A stretch of DNA of 64,000 nucleotides from a virus. Taxonomy: Duplodnaviria; Heunggongvirae; Uroviricota; Caudoviricetes. The notes below the pieces were generated by a model, which was not told the DNA's origin, made no database searches, and saw only the letters and a program-made list of their open reading frames with translations. The translations under genes and the position numbers were made by a program. This document shows, one piece after another, positions 27,377-37,440 of the stretch (its first letter is position 1; each line of letters begins with the position of its first letter). Location: the IMG/VR virus record IMGVR_UViG_3300043399_001190; one strand, 5' to 3'.

Positions 27377-27813
27377 GCGCAGATAACACCGAGTACACTC
27401 AACTTAAAGTTGATGTTGGTGTGCTTAAAACTCAAATATCGATGATAACCCAACTTTGTAATAAAATGGATACAGTTATCGAAAAACTGGCGGATAATCA
27501 TGACCGTATGGTCAATCAAATTTACAATGATATGGATAAAACAGAAGACGACACGAATGCGAACATAAAAGAACTGCATTCCAGAATCACAACAGTAGAT
27601 AGAAATTTGTGTGATAAGCTTGAGCTAACCGAACGTAGAATTATGGATGAGATTAAAAGCTTAAGACAACAAATCACAGAGCACAACAAAAAAGAAGATA
27701 CCGAAATAAAAAAAATCCTAGAGTGGAAATGGATGGCTGCCGGTGGTATAGTAGTCATCATATGGTTGATTTCTAACATAAAATTTGATATGATACTGAA
27801 GCTGTTCGGTTAA
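27373..27813 (+). CDS. coiled-coil protein with C-terminal TM anchor
   Basis: ORF track; WKWMAAGGIVVIIWLISNI near C-term. Confidence 0.45.
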   Translation: MSADNTEYTQLKVDVGVLKTQISMITQLCNKMDTVIEKLADNHDRMVNQIYNDMDKTEDDTNANIKELHSRITTVDRNLCDKLELTERRIMDEIKSLRQQITEHNKKEDTEIKKILEWKWMAAGGIVVIIWLISNIKFDMILKLFG

Positions 27814-27833
27814 TTTTCCCCTCTTCTTTTGTT

Positions 27834-28856
27834 ATGTCCATTTTTATTGATCGTAAATACCTAAACCTCCTTTCGCCAAAATTAAACAGGTTCTCTCAGA
27901 AAAAAGAGGACCTGTACAATTTCAGGTGCCCTTTCTGCGGCGACTCCCAAAAAAATAAATTCAAAGCACGCGGTTACATTTACCGCAAAAAGAATGACTA
28001 TTACTACAAGTGTCAAAATTGTGGTGTTGGTCATACAATGTATAATTTTATCAATTTTTTGGACCCCAATCTTGTTAAAGAGTACGCATTAGAGCGTTAC
28101 AGGAACGGTGAAACCGGAAACCAAAATTATCCAAAAAAGGAAATACAAGAACCAAAATTTGAAAAACCGGTTTTCAAGAAAAAACAAAAAATTAATTTAC
28201 CAAAAATTAGTGATTTGCCACAAGACCACTATGCACACAATTATTGCATAGGACGAAAAATTCCATCGGATACATATGGTAATCTATATTATGCAAATGA
28301 TTTCAAAGCCTTCATCGATGAAATTTTACCAGATCATGAAAAAGACTTGAAATTAGATGATCCTCGTCTTATTATTCCCTTCTATGATGAAGATGGAACG
28401 TTACTTGCTGTACAAGGGCGTTCGTTGCGAGATTCCAAAATCAGATATATAACAATCAAACTTACCGAAGAGAGTATAAAAATATTTGGTTTGGATAGAG
28501 TGAACAAAGAAGAAAAGGTGTATGTTACAGAAGGACCAATTGATTCCTTTTTTCTACCAAACTCGGTAGCAACTGCGGATGCCAACTTATCTAATGCGGT
28601 AAATTTTGTACCAAAAGATAAATTGGTTTTAGTTTTCGACAATGAACCCAGAAATAAAGATATTTGCCGTCTAATGGACAAAGCAATTGAGGAACATTTT
28701 CAAATTTGCATTTGGCCAGAGATGATTCAGGAAAAAGACATAAATGATATGATTCTTTCAGGATTTACTTCTGAAGAAATTTGTGATATAATAGATAAAA
28801 ACACTTTCGTTAATTTAAGAGCAAAAATGGAATTTATAGGATGGAAAAAAGTATGA
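27834..28856 (+). CDS. 61: DNA primase (T4 gp61-like), Zn-ribbon + TOPRIM
   Basis: CPFCGDSQKN...CQNCG zinc ribbon; position after 41 block as in T4. Confidence 0.8.
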   Translation: MSIFIDRKYLNLLSPKLNRFSQKKEDLYNFRCPFCGDSQKNKFKARGYIYRKKNDYYYKCQNCGVGHTMYNFINFLDPNLVKEYALERYRNGETGNQNYPKKEIQEPKFEKPVFKKKQKINLPKISDLPQDHYAHNYCIGRKIPSDTYGNLYYANDFKAFIDEILPDHEKDLKLDDPRLIIPFYDEDGTLLAVQGRSLRDSKIRYITIKLTEESIKIFGLDRVNKEEKVYVTEGPIDSFFLPNSVATADANLSNAVNFVPKDKLVLVFDNEPRNKDICRLMDKAIEEHFQICIWPEMIQEKDINDMILSGFTSEEICDIIDKNTFVNLRAKMEFIGWKKV

Positions 28857-29515
28857 ATGTAAAATTAATTAATTATTCAAGAAGCGATGACAACAAAAAT
28901 TTGTTGGAACAAATTGCCTATGTTGCGCGTGTATCGAATCCAGCTAATCAAGATAATGATGCTACAGCCGAAAAGCTTGTTCGTTATTTGATTAAGAATA
29001 ACCACTGGTCTCCTTTGGAGATGGTGAGTGTTTGTTTGGAAATCAATACAACTAGAGATATTGCACGACAAATTTTGAGACACCGCTCTTTCAGTTTCCA
29101 AGAATTCAGTCAACGTTATGCCGTAGCAGACTTGGGTTGGACTTTTAAAGAAGCAAGATTGCAAGATCAGAAAAATCGTCAAAATAGTACCTCTCTTGAT
29201 GTGATTAACAACGACGAAGATCGCAAGTTAGCCTATCAATGGGAAATGATGCAAAAAAATCTGGTCGATAGAGTAATTGAAACATATGATTGGGCAATTG
29301 ATAAAGGTATTGCCAAAGAGCAAGCACGGGCTGTTTTACCTGAAGGTATTACAAGGTCGAGAATGTATATGAATGGAACTCTACGTTCGTGGGTACACTA
29401 TATACAACTCCGTTCCGCCAACGGAACACAAAAAGAACACCAAGAAATTGCAATTGCATGTGCAGAAGCAATCAAACCTATTTTTCCTATGATTGAGGAG
29501 TTTGTAAGTGTATAA
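28841..29515 (+). CDS. thyX: flavin-dependent thymidylate synthase ThyX
   Basis: ThyX signature RHRSFSFQEFSQRY (RHR...S.R). Confidence 0.88.
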   Translation: MEKSMNVKLINYSRSDDNKNLLEQIAYVARVSNPANQDNDATAEKLVRYLIKNNHWSPLEMVSVCLEINTTRDIARQILRHRSFSFQEFSQRYAVADLGWTFKEARLQDQKNRQNSTSLDVINNDEDRKLAYQWEMMQKNLVDRVIETYDWAIDKGIAKEQARAVLPEGITRSRMYMNGTLRSWVHYIQLRSANGTQKEHQEIAIACAEAIKPIFPMIEEFVSV

Positions 29516-29858
29516 TGATGTAAAAACTTTTATTGAGGCTTGTGAACAAGAGCGCAACGAAAAAAATGTTGTTCTATATAAGTCTCTAATCAGAGAAGAA
29601 TTTGATGAATTCATTAAAGCGTTTATTCAAAACGATGAAGAAGGACAACTTGATGGTTGTATGGATTTGATTTGGGTAATATTGGGTTATTGTTATATGA
29701 AAGATTATGATGTGCAAGGTGCATGGGATGAAGTTGCACGTTCCAATCTTTCGAAAATTGATTCGGTGACCGGTAAAGTTATTAAAAATAGCAACGGAAA
29801 AGTTATGAAGCCTGAAGGTTGGACACCACCTAATCTAAAACCATTTACAAAAAAATAA
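29508..29858 (+). CDS. MazG-like all-alpha NTP pyrophosphohydrolase (candidate)
   Basis: EEFDEF (EExxE) and downstream D-containing helix; placed between thyX and nrdA. Confidence 0.4.
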   Translation: MYNDVKTFIEACEQERNEKNVVLYKSLIREEFDEFIKAFIQNDEEGQLDGCMDLIWVILGYCYMKDYDVQGAWDEVARSNLSKIDSVTGKVIKNSNGKVMKPEGWTPPNLKPFTKK

Positions 29859-29869
29859 TAAGGAAGAAT

Positions 29870-31660
29870 ATGGAATACATGGGTATTAAAATAGACTTAG
29901 AACGAGATAACTTGTTTGATGAACTTGGTATCAGACGTTTGAAAGAGTCTTACATGAGGGAGGAAGAAAAATCACCTCAAGAAAGATTTGCATTCGTTTC
30001 TGCAAAGTTTGGTTCGAATCCCGAACATGCACAAAGACTGTATGATTATTCGTCTAAACATTGGCTATCATATTCAACTCCTATTTTATCTTTCGGACGT
30101 TCGAAAAAAGGTATGCCCATTTCCTGTTTTTTAAATTACATTGAAGATACTGCGGAGGGTCTAGTTGATAATCTTTCTGAAACTAATTGGCTTTCTATGC
30201 TTGGTGGTGGCGTTGGTATCGGTTTCGGTATTCGTTCGTCGGATGATAAGAGCACAGGCGTCATGCCACACCTCAAAATTTACGATGCATCGTCTTTGGC
30301 CTATCGTCAAGGCCGTACTCGCCGTGGAAGTTACGCTGCTTACCTTGATATTAGTCATCCTGATGTTGTCGCATTCTTAGAAATGCGTAAGCCAACCGGC
30401 GATCCAAACGTTCGTTGTTTGAATTTGCATCACGGTATCAATATCACCGACGACTTCATGCAAATCATTGAAAAATGCATGATTGATCCTAATGCCTCTG
30501 ATGATTGGCAATTAAAAGATCCACACACAGGTGAGATTCGTGAAGTTGTTTCCGCTAAACATTTGTGGCAACAAATTCTTGAACTTCGTATGCATACAGG
30601 TGAACCATACATTCACTTTATTGATACAAGCAATCGTCACCTTCCGGATTTCCTGAAAAACAAAGGATTGAAAATACACCAGTCAAATCTATGTTCTGAA
30701 ATTATTCTGCCAACGAATGAAGAAAGAACTGCTGTATGTTGCCTATCTTCTTTAAACTTGGAGTACTATGATGCTTGGAAAAATGACAAACTTTTTCTAC
30801 GGGACGTGGCTGAGATGCTTGATAACGTTCTACAGTATTTCATTGACAATGCTCCTGACAGCATATCACGCGCAAGATATTCTGCTTCTATGGAACGCTC
30901 TATTGGTGTTGGTGCCCTCGGTTTTCATGCATTACTTCAAAAGAACGGAGTTGCATTCGAAGGTGTCATGGCAAAAGTACTAAACAATAAAATTTTCAAA
31001 TACATTAAGGAAAGTTTAGATGAAGCGAACCTTCAACTTGGTAAAGAACGTGGTGAAGCACCCGATGCTGTGGGCACTGGTAAGCGTTTTAGTCATGTTA
31101 TGGCTATTGCTCCAAATGCTTCTTCGTCTATCATCATGGGAAATACTAGCCCTAGTATTGAGCCTTATCGTGCTAATGCGTACCGTCAGGACACTTTATC
31201 GGGATCATTTCTAAACAAGAATAGATATTTGGATGAAATCATCAAAAAAGAATCCGAAAAACACAAAGAAGGATGGTATGAAGATACGTGGTCATCTATC
31301 ATTGCAAATGATGGTTCATGCCAGCACTTGGAATTTTTAGACGATAATCAGAAAGCAACATTTAAAACATCTATGGAGATTGACCAGCGTTGGGTTATTG
31401 AACACGCTGCTGATCGCCAACAATATATCGATCAAGCACAATCTCTGAATGTTTTCTTTAGACCTGATTCTCATATCAAATATATACATGCTATACACTT
31501 TATGGCATGGAAAAAGGGACTAAAAACACTTTACTATTGCCGTTCGGAGAAACTAGCGAAAGCAGATAAAGTTTCGAAGAAAATTGAAAGAAAAGTTATT
31601 GAAGAAATAGATATGTCACAAATTGCCCAAGGTAACGATTGTATTGCTTGCGAAGGATAA
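29870..31660 (+). CDS. nrdA: ribonucleotide reductase class I alpha subunit NrdA (no ATP-cone)
   Basis: catalytic motif QSNLCSEI; C-terminal CIACEG redox tail; 596 aa. Confidence 0.85.
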   Translation: MEYMGIKIDLERDNLFDELGIRRLKESYMREEEKSPQERFAFVSAKFGSNPEHAQRLYDYSSKHWLSYSTPILSFGRSKKGMPISCFLNYIEDTAEGLVDNLSETNWLSMLGGGVGIGFGIRSSDDKSTGVMPHLKIYDASSLAYRQGRTRRGSYAAYLDISHPDVVAFLEMRKPTGDPNVRCLNLHHGINITDDFMQIIEKCMIDPNASDDWQLKDPHTGEIREVVSAKHLWQQILELRMHTGEPYIHFIDTSNRHLPDFLKNKGLKIHQSNLCSEIILPTNEERTAVCCLSSLNLEYYDAWKNDKLFLRDVAEMLDNVLQYFIDNAPDSISRARYSASMERSIGVGALGFHALLQKNGVAFEGVMAKVLNNKIFKYIKESLDEANLQLGKERGEAPDAVGTGKRFSHVMAIAPNASSSIIMGNTSPSIEPYRANAYRQDTLSGSFLNKNRYLDEIIKKESEKHKEGWYEDTWSSIIANDGSCQHLEFLDDNQKATFKTSMEIDQRWVIEHAADRQQYIDQAQSLNVFFRPDSHIKYIHAIHFMAWKKGLKTLYYCRSEKLAKADKVSKKIERKVIEEIDMSQIAQGNDCIACEG

Positions 31661-31663
31661 AAA

Positions 31664-31909
31664 ATGAAAAAAGTTCTTAGATTTACTGCATCATGGTGTG
31701 GACCATGTAAAGCCTTAAGTAGTGTTCTAAATGAGGTTGAAACGGATCTTCCGTTTGAAGTTATTGATATTGATGTTCACCCAGAACTTGCAATTGAATT
31801 TGGTGTTCGTTCTGTGCCAACTCTTGTAATGATGGATGAAACTATTGAAATGAAAAGAACCACTGGAATGAAAACCAAAGAACAACTAACGGAGTGGTTG
31901 AATGCTTAA
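31664..31909 (+). CDS. thioredoxin
   Basis: WCGPCK active site. Confidence 0.85.
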   Translation: MKKVLRFTASWCGPCKALSSVLNEVETDLPFEVIDIDVHPELAIEFGVRSVPTLVMMDETIEMKRTTGMKTKEQLTEWLNA

Positions 31910-32885
31910 GAAAACACAATTCAAATTAACGGATGAAAGAAACAGTTTCAAACCTTTCAATTATCCGTGGGCTTATGATGCGTGGTTGAAACATGAGCAA
32001 AGTCATTGGCTTCATACGGAAGTTCCTATGGCAGAAGATGTTAAAGATTGGAAAAAACACCTAACAAATGAAGAGAAACAATTTCTCACACATATTTTCC
32101 GCTTTTTTACACAGGGAGATATCGACGTTGCTGGTGGTTACGTTCGTAATTACTTGCCTTATTTTCCTCAACCTGAAGTACGCATGATGTTGGCAGGATT
32201 TGCCGCAAGAGAGGCACTTCATGTTGCAGCATACAGTCATTTGATTGAAACTCTTGGATTACCAGAAACAACATATAATCAGTTTCTTGATTATCAAGAA
32301 ATGAGAGATAAACATGATTATGTCATGGACATATCTTCTAAAAATGGAACAGCCGAATCTACTGCAACACACATTGCAGTTTTCTCAGCATTTACAGAAG
32401 GTATGCAGTTGTTCAGTTCTTTCATAATGTTGTTGAATTTCCCTCGCCACGGAAAAATGAAAGGTATGGGTCAGATTGTTACATGGTCGATTGTTGATGA
32501 AACGATGCATGCCGAATCAATGATTAAATTGTTCAGAACATACATTGAAGAAAATAAAGAAATTTGGAACGATGAACTTAAATCAAAAATTTATACAATT
32601 GCTGAACGAATGGTGCAACTTGAAGACAAGTTTATTGACCTCGCTTTCTCTATGGGAGCAATGCACGGTTTGTCTAGCGATGATGTTAAGCATTACATCC
32701 GTTATATTGCTGATCGTCGTCTTATTTCTTTGGGTCTGAAGGGTATTTACAAAGTTAAGAAAAATCCATTGCCTTGGGTCGAAGAGATGATTAACGCACC
32801 AACACACACAAATTTCTTTGAAAATCGTGCAACAGATTATGCAAAAGGTGCAACAAAAGGTTCATGGGAGGAAGTTTGGGCATGA
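31902..32885 (+). CDS. nrdB: ribonucleotide reductase class I beta subunit NrdB
   Basis: ferritin-like diiron residues (E..H pairs), 327 aa, adjacent to nrdA. Confidence 0.85.
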   Translation: MLKKTQFKLTDERNSFKPFNYPWAYDAWLKHEQSHWLHTEVPMAEDVKDWKKHLTNEEKQFLTHIFRFFTQGDIDVAGGYVRNYLPYFPQPEVRMMLAGFAAREALHVAAYSHLIETLGLPETTYNQFLDYQEMRDKHDYVMDISSKNGTAESTATHIAVFSAFTEGMQLFSSFIMLLNFPRHGKMKGMGQIVTWSIVDETMHAESMIKLFRTYIEENKEIWNDELKSKIYTIAERMVQLEDKFIDLAFSMGAMHGLSSDDVKHYIRYIADRRLISLGLKGIYKVKKNPLPWVEEMINAPTHTNFFENRATDYAKGATKGSWEEVWA

Positions 32886-33106
32886 AAACACTTAGAGAGA
32901 TGATAGAGAGAAAATATCCAGACGGAACAAAAATTTCATCTAAATTGCCACCGAAATATGGTCCAGCAAAAGGATCGGAGAACTGTGCAAATTGTGGATA
33001 TTTCGTTTCAGCAACAAAACATTGTAAAAAATGGGATGCCAAAGTTAGACCAACTTATTGGTGTGCAAAATGGGAACCCAAGGGACATGAAGGGAAACAT
33101 AAATGA
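32882..33106 (+). CDS. small Zn-ribbon protein
   Basis: track ORF 32864..33106; ATG overlapping nrdB stop; CANCGYF..C..C. Confidence 0.4.
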   Translation: MKTLREMIERKYPDGTKISSKLPPKYGPAKGSENCANCGYFVSATKHCKKWDAKVRPTYWCAKWEPKGHEGKHK

Positions 33107-33288
33107 CAAATAGAATAATTACAGGAGAATGTGATAATTGCGAATCATCTTTTGAAGTTGCTTATTCAGAAGAAATGGTTTCAGAAGATATGCCAAATTT
33201 CTGCCCATTCTGCGGTGAGGTCATCGAAAATATTGAAGAAGAATATATAGATGATGATGACTTCGATGAGAATGAGGAATGGAAATAA
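33103..33288 (+). CDS. small acidic Zn-ribbon protein
   Basis: CDNC..CPFCG; DDDDFDENEE tail. Confidence 0.4.
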   Translation: MTNRIITGECDNCESSFEVAYSEEMVSEDMPNFCPFCGEVIENIEEEYIDDDDFDENEEWK

Positions 33289-33710
33289 ATTGGAAATATA
33301 ACGGAAAAGATTTTACCGAAGAAGATATAGCCGACAACTACGGTTTCGTGTACCTTATTACAAATTTGGTTACAGGTAAAAAATACATAGGAAAAAAACT
33401 ATTTTATTCTACCAAAACAAAAGTAATAAAAGGTAAAAAGAAAAGGTATAAAACATTTTCGGATTGGCAAACTTACTACGGATCCAACACCGAGTTGCAA
33501 AATGATGTTACAATATTGACTGAAGCCCTCTTCAGCCGGGAAATATTACATCTATGCAAAACAAAGGGTGAATGTAGTTATTTGGAAGCCAAAGAGCAAT
33601 TCGATAGGGCAGTTTTGGAATCCAACGAATACTACAACTCATGGATAATGGTTAAAGTTAGAAAATCACATATAAAGGCCTTCAATGAACGAATTCTTAC
33701 GAAAATTTGA
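33279..33710 (+). CDS. GIY-YIG nuclease domain protein (Seg-like homing endonuclease, short)
   Basis: GFVYLITNLVTGKKYIGKK = GIY...YIG motif pair; 143 aa. Confidence 0.55.
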   Translation: MEINWKYNGKDFTEEDIADNYGFVYLITNLVTGKKYIGKKLFYSTKTKVIKGKKKRYKTFSDWQTYYGSNTELQNDVTILTEALFSREILHLCKTKGECSYLEAKEQFDRAVLESNEYYNSWIMVKVRKSHIKAFNERILTKI

Positions 33711-34065
33711 AAATAGAGACTTCGATGGTTTAAATTTTTATAGAAATGAAAATGGTGATCTTGCCGTTGATGGTTTCGAATTTAAAAATTTCGGAGAAAA
33801 ACTTCCAGGTTCTGAAATCGGTGATTTATATGATATAATCATTTTCCCTGAAGAACCACCGAAAGCCCCTGAAAGGTTTAAAGCAATCTTAACTTCTCCA
33901 ATACATTATGTTTCGAGGATGATAGATGATGGTTTCTTAGGTGTTGTTGCAAAAGCGACAACAACCTCAGAAAAATTTATGAGTGACATTTTTGATGAAA
34001 TGCACAATATGGTGCTAGACTATATTGATGAATATGAGGAGAAAAATAATGATCGAAAAATATGA
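33685..34065 (+). CDS. hypothetical protein
   Basis: ORF track. Confidence 0.4.
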   Translation: MNEFLRKFENRDFDGLNFYRNENGDLAVDGFEFKNFGEKLPGSEIGDLYDIIIFPEEPPKAPERFKAILTSPIHYVSRMIDDGFLGVVAKATTTSEKFMSDIFDEMHNMVLDYIDEYEEKNNDRKI

Positions 34066-34315
34066 ATTGAAAGAAATGCTGCAAAACTCGGTATCTACCG
34101 TTGTATTTACTAAAGTTGATGGAACAGAACGTGAAATGAATTGTACACTTTTGTCCGAATACTTACCTGAGCCTGTTGCGGATAAACAACAACTCCTAAC
34201 AGAAAATTTGACAAGACGAGAAAATCCTAATACAATATCTGTATGGGACTTGGATAATAACGGCTGGCGTTCTTTCCGAGTTGATTCGGTCAAATCTATT
34301 ACTAGAAAGTCATGA
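34048..34315 (+). CDS. hypothetical protein
   Basis: track ORF 34025..34315, start moved to ATG after GGAG. Confidence 0.35.
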
Positions 34316-35391
34316 GACATTCTTCTTTAAAAGAATATGAAAAATCTCTTTCAGGTGGTGAACCCACCTGGAAAAACGGAAACGAATCCATAACCAGAGC
34401 ACTAAACTGGTACAACTATCATTCCGACACCAAAGAGAGTAAAAAATTCACAATCTCTTATCTGAAAGAAATAAAAGCAGATAAGAAGGATATTGAAATT
34501 CTCGAAAAGGTATCGGATGAATATTTCAAAAATCTGGGATTCGTTTGCCGAATGAAACTTCGTGGTGCACCTTTCTCCAAAAAAGAAGAGATGTGGATCC
34601 AAGATTCTATTGAAAATCTAAAAAAGAAAAATACACAATCTTCGGTTACTGTCGAATCGACACCAACAGTATCCATACAAGAACGTGTTGCAGAAAAAAC
34701 AAAATATTTTATTGCTGAAATTGAAGGTGCAATAGATGACTGTCTTTTTGTTAAAGATTTCACTCTGTTTGATCCTTACGAACAAATGCAAGCTTTGGGT
34801 ATGAAGGCTGCACATTCAAATGCTTTGGTAAAATTTTTCGATAAACGTCGAGAAGAAATTTCCCTTGCTCTTAAGGATAAAGAATTGGCCGAGGGCTATT
34901 CAAACTTCAAAAAAACAGAACTAAAAGAGTATTTGAAACTGCTGGAAAAAATTATTGCTGATGCAAAAAAACTTGCACACAATGCAAAGCTTTCTAGGGC
35001 TCCAAGGAAGAAAAAAGCTAAACCTGTTGATAAGGTTGTTGCCAAAATGCAGTATAAGAAAGAAGACAATGGGTATAAGATTGTTTCTATTAATCCTGTT
35101 GACCTTGTGGGTTGTACTCAACTTTGGGTATTTAATACCAAAACAAGGAAACTCGGAGTCTATAATTCCGTCGATGCGGATGGTTTGAATGTGAAAGGTA
35201 CAACAATAGTTAATTTTAATGAAGAAACTTCAATACAGAAAACCTTGAGGAAACCAGAAGTTACTTTACCTGAGGTAATTAAATCCGGTAAAGTTGCAAT
35301 TAGAAAGTTGCTTCCTAACATCAATGCAGTTGAGCAAAAGTTGACAGGAAGAATAAATGCTGATACAATTCTTCTCAGAGCTATTAAATAA
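34312..35391 (+). CDS. hypothetical protein (359 aa)
   Basis: ORF track; no recognisable motif. Confidence 0.45.
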   Translation: MRHSSLKEYEKSLSGGEPTWKNGNESITRALNWYNYHSDTKESKKFTISYLKEIKADKKDIEILEKVSDEYFKNLGFVCRMKLRGAPFSKKEEMWIQDSIENLKKKNTQSSVTVESTPTVSIQERVAEKTKYFIAEIEGAIDDCLFVKDFTLFDPYEQMQALGMKAAHSNALVKFFDKRREEISLALKDKELAEGYSNFKKTELKEYLKLLEKIIADAKKLAHNAKLSRAPRKKKAKPVDKVVAKMQYKKEDNGYKIVSINPVDLVGCTQLWVFNTKTRKLGVYNSVDADGLNVKGTTIVNFNEETSIQKTLRKPEVTLPEVIKSGKVAIRKLLPNINAVEQKLTGRINADTILLRAIK

Positions 35392-35399
35392 AGGTTTTT

Positions 35400-36248
35400 A
35401 TGATTCTCATTGATTTGAACCAAGTTTTGCTGTCCGGTTTGATGGCACAAATTGGTGGTCAAAAAAATATCAAGCTTGAAGAAGGCTTGGTGCGTCACAT
35501 GGTTTTGAACATTCTCCGTTCACACGTAAAACAATTTCGCAACGAATATGGTGAAGTTGTTCTCTGCTGCGACAATAAAAAATATTGGCGTAAAGAGTTT
35601 TTCCCGTTCTATAAAGCTGGTCGTAAGAAAACCCGTGAAAAATCGGAACTTGATTGGCATTTGATTTTCGATATCCTCGGTAATCTTAAAAATGAACTTA
35701 GGGAAAATTTCCCGTACAAAGTTATTGATGTTGAAGGTGCTGAGGCTGATGATATCATTGGCACACTGACTCCTCTTTTTTCGAATAGCGAAAAGATCCT
35801 GATTCTGTCCAGTGATGGCGACTTTCTGCAATTGCAACAATATAAGAACGTCAAACAATATAATCCAACACAGAAAAAATTTATTAAATCGGTTGATCCT
35901 CTTTTGGAACTAAAAGAGAAGATTATCACTGGCGATAAAGGTGACGGTATTCCGAACGTACTTTCTCCTTCAGATTGTTTCGTGCGTGAAATGCGCCAGA
36001 AACCTATCACCAAGAATAAAATGCAGCAAATGCTTTCAGAAAGCTTTTCTGACTGGCAAGATGAAGAAGCCAAAGTTGGTTTTTCTAGGAATCAAGTTTT
36101 GATTGATTTGCGTAATATTCCTGAAGAAATTAAAAAATCGATTATTGATACATATAATAATACAAAGCCGTGCCCACGTTCCAAGCTTATTAATTATTTT
36201 ATGGATAAAAAGCTTAAGAACCTTATGGACGTTATAGAGGAATTTTAA
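35400..36248 (+). CDS. rnh: RNase H / 5'-3' flap exonuclease (T4 rnh)
   Basis: strong similarity to T4 RNase H recalled from memory (VLCCDNKKYWRKEFFPFYKAGRKK, EADDIIG, ILILSSDGDFLQL, KNVKQYNP). Confidence 0.93.
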   Translation: MILIDLNQVLLSGLMAQIGGQKNIKLEEGLVRHMVLNILRSHVKQFRNEYGEVVLCCDNKKYWRKEFFPFYKAGRKKTREKSELDWHLIFDILGNLKNELRENFPYKVIDVEGAEADDIIGTLTPLFSNSEKILILSSDGDFLQLQQYKNVKQYNPTQKKFIKSVDPLLELKEKIITGDKGDGIPNVLSPSDCFVREMRQKPITKNKMQQMLSESFSDWQDEEAKVGFSRNQVLIDLRNIPEEIKKSIIDTYNNTKPCPRSKLINYFMDKKLKNLMDVIEEF

Positions 36249-36673
36249 TGAGAAAAAACATTTATGAAATTTTTGACGAATTTGCTGCGGTAAGTTCCAA
36301 AAAAGAAAAGATTGAAGTATTAGCTAAAAACTGGAATCCAACACTTAGATTGGTGTTGCAGCTTGCTTATGATCCTAATATTAATTGGATCGTTAAGGAG
36401 AAACCGGCCAACTATAAAAAGCCTGATACTGCACCGGGTATTTCTTTTAGCACATTGAATACGGAATTACGCAGATTGTATCTTTTTCAATCTGGAAATC
36501 CAAGTGCCGAAAAACTCACACCAAAAAGGCGCGAGGAACTTTTGTTGATTTTGCTAGAATCTCTTGAGCCAAGAGAAGCAGACGTAATAATTGGTATTTT
36601 CAAAAAAGATTTGGGTGTCAAAGGATTGACATATAAGTTTATCCGAGACAACATTCCTGGAGTTCTACAATAA
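36248..36673 (+). CDS. hypothetical protein
   Basis: ORF track; ATG overlaps rnh stop. Confidence 0.45.
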   Translation: MRKNIYEIFDEFAAVSSKKEKIEVLAKNWNPTLRLVLQLAYDPNINWIVKEKPANYKKPDTAPGISFSTLNTELRRLYLFQSGNPSAEKLTPKRREELLLILLESLEPREADVIIGIFKKDLGVKGLTYKFIRDNIPGVLQ

Positions 36674-36710
36674 GTAGAATAATTTTTAACTAAGACTAAT
36701 GGAGTTTTAA

Positions 36711-36896
36711 GTGGGTAAAACTTTTAATAAATCTCGTCAAGGCCGTGATTACTACGAAGACGAATTTATTTACGAAAAAATTGATAATAAGAAGCGTAAA
36801 AAACAAAACGCTGAATTGAGGAAAATGAGAATGCGTCAGTTTGACGATGATAATTATGGATACGAAAGTAATTCCAAAACATATCGTTATCGTTGA
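36711..36896 (+). CDS. small highly basic protein
   Basis: ORF track, K/R-rich. Confidence 0.4.
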   Translation: MGKTFNKSRQGRDYYEDEFIYEKIDNKKRKKQNAELRKMRMRQFDDDNYGYESNSKTYRYR

Positions 36897-36919
36897 GTTG
36901 TAATCCTACAACACAAAGC

Positions 36920-36948
36920 TTGATTTTAACCTAACAGCATTGTATAAT
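36920..36948 (+). promoter_or_regulatory. sigma70-type promoter TTGATT-17-TATAAT with flanking inverted repeat
   Basis: ttgattttaacctaacagcattgtataat; cctaacagc / gcttgttagg near-palindrome around -10. Confidence 0.5.
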
Positions 36949-36971
36949 GTAAGCTTGTTAGGAGATTTGTT

Positions 36972-37301
36972 ATGATGATCTATGCTAGGATTAAAAAGTC
37001 CAAACCGAAACTTCGCCCCAAAAAAGAACGTGAAGAATATGAGGCTTGGCTTCAAAAACACAAAGTCGGTGTTAAGGTGAAATCGTCTTATCAACCACTG
37101 TCTTATAGTCTATCTACGCCAGCAGGTAGAGAAACGAATCGTATTCCTTCGTTGAATACGGGAAATTCTCCTGCTCTTGCTAAGGACAAAAAAACGTACA
37201 CTGGCACAAAAATGCTTGGTATCGGAACTCTGCATAAATCAAATGCAGTTCCGGTCTTTTCCGAAGAAGAAGCACAAGATATGGCCAAAATGAGGCGATA
37301 A
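36972..37301 (+). CDS. basic hypothetical protein
   Basis: ORF track. Confidence 0.4.
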   Translation: MMIYARIKKSKPKLRPKKEREEYEAWLQKHKVGVKVKSSYQPLSYSLSTPAGRETNRIPSLNTGNSPALAKDKKTYTGTKMLGIGTLHKSNAVPVFSEEEAQDMAKMRR

Positions 37302-37302
37302 A

Positions 37303-37440
37303 ATGGATAAGATACAAATTAAAATCAAGACACCTAAACCTTTTTGTCGAACACCGATCAAGCCGGTGCAAGCACACAAAAATAGTGTAAAATATTCTCG
37401 TCAACCCAAACACCGTAATAAGGAAAATTATGCTCACTGA
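37303..37440 (+). CDS. small very basic peptide (45 aa), below ORF-track cutoff
   Basis: ATG 37303, TGA 37438-40; MDKIQIKIKTPKPFCRTPIKP... Confidence 0.25.
   Translation: MDKIQIKIKTPKPFCRTPIKPVQAHKNSVKYSRQPKHRNKENYAH

Noticed and set aside
29870-32885. Group I intron or intein in nrdA/nrdB/thyX
   Set aside because: All three read as uninterrupted frames with contiguous conserved motifs.
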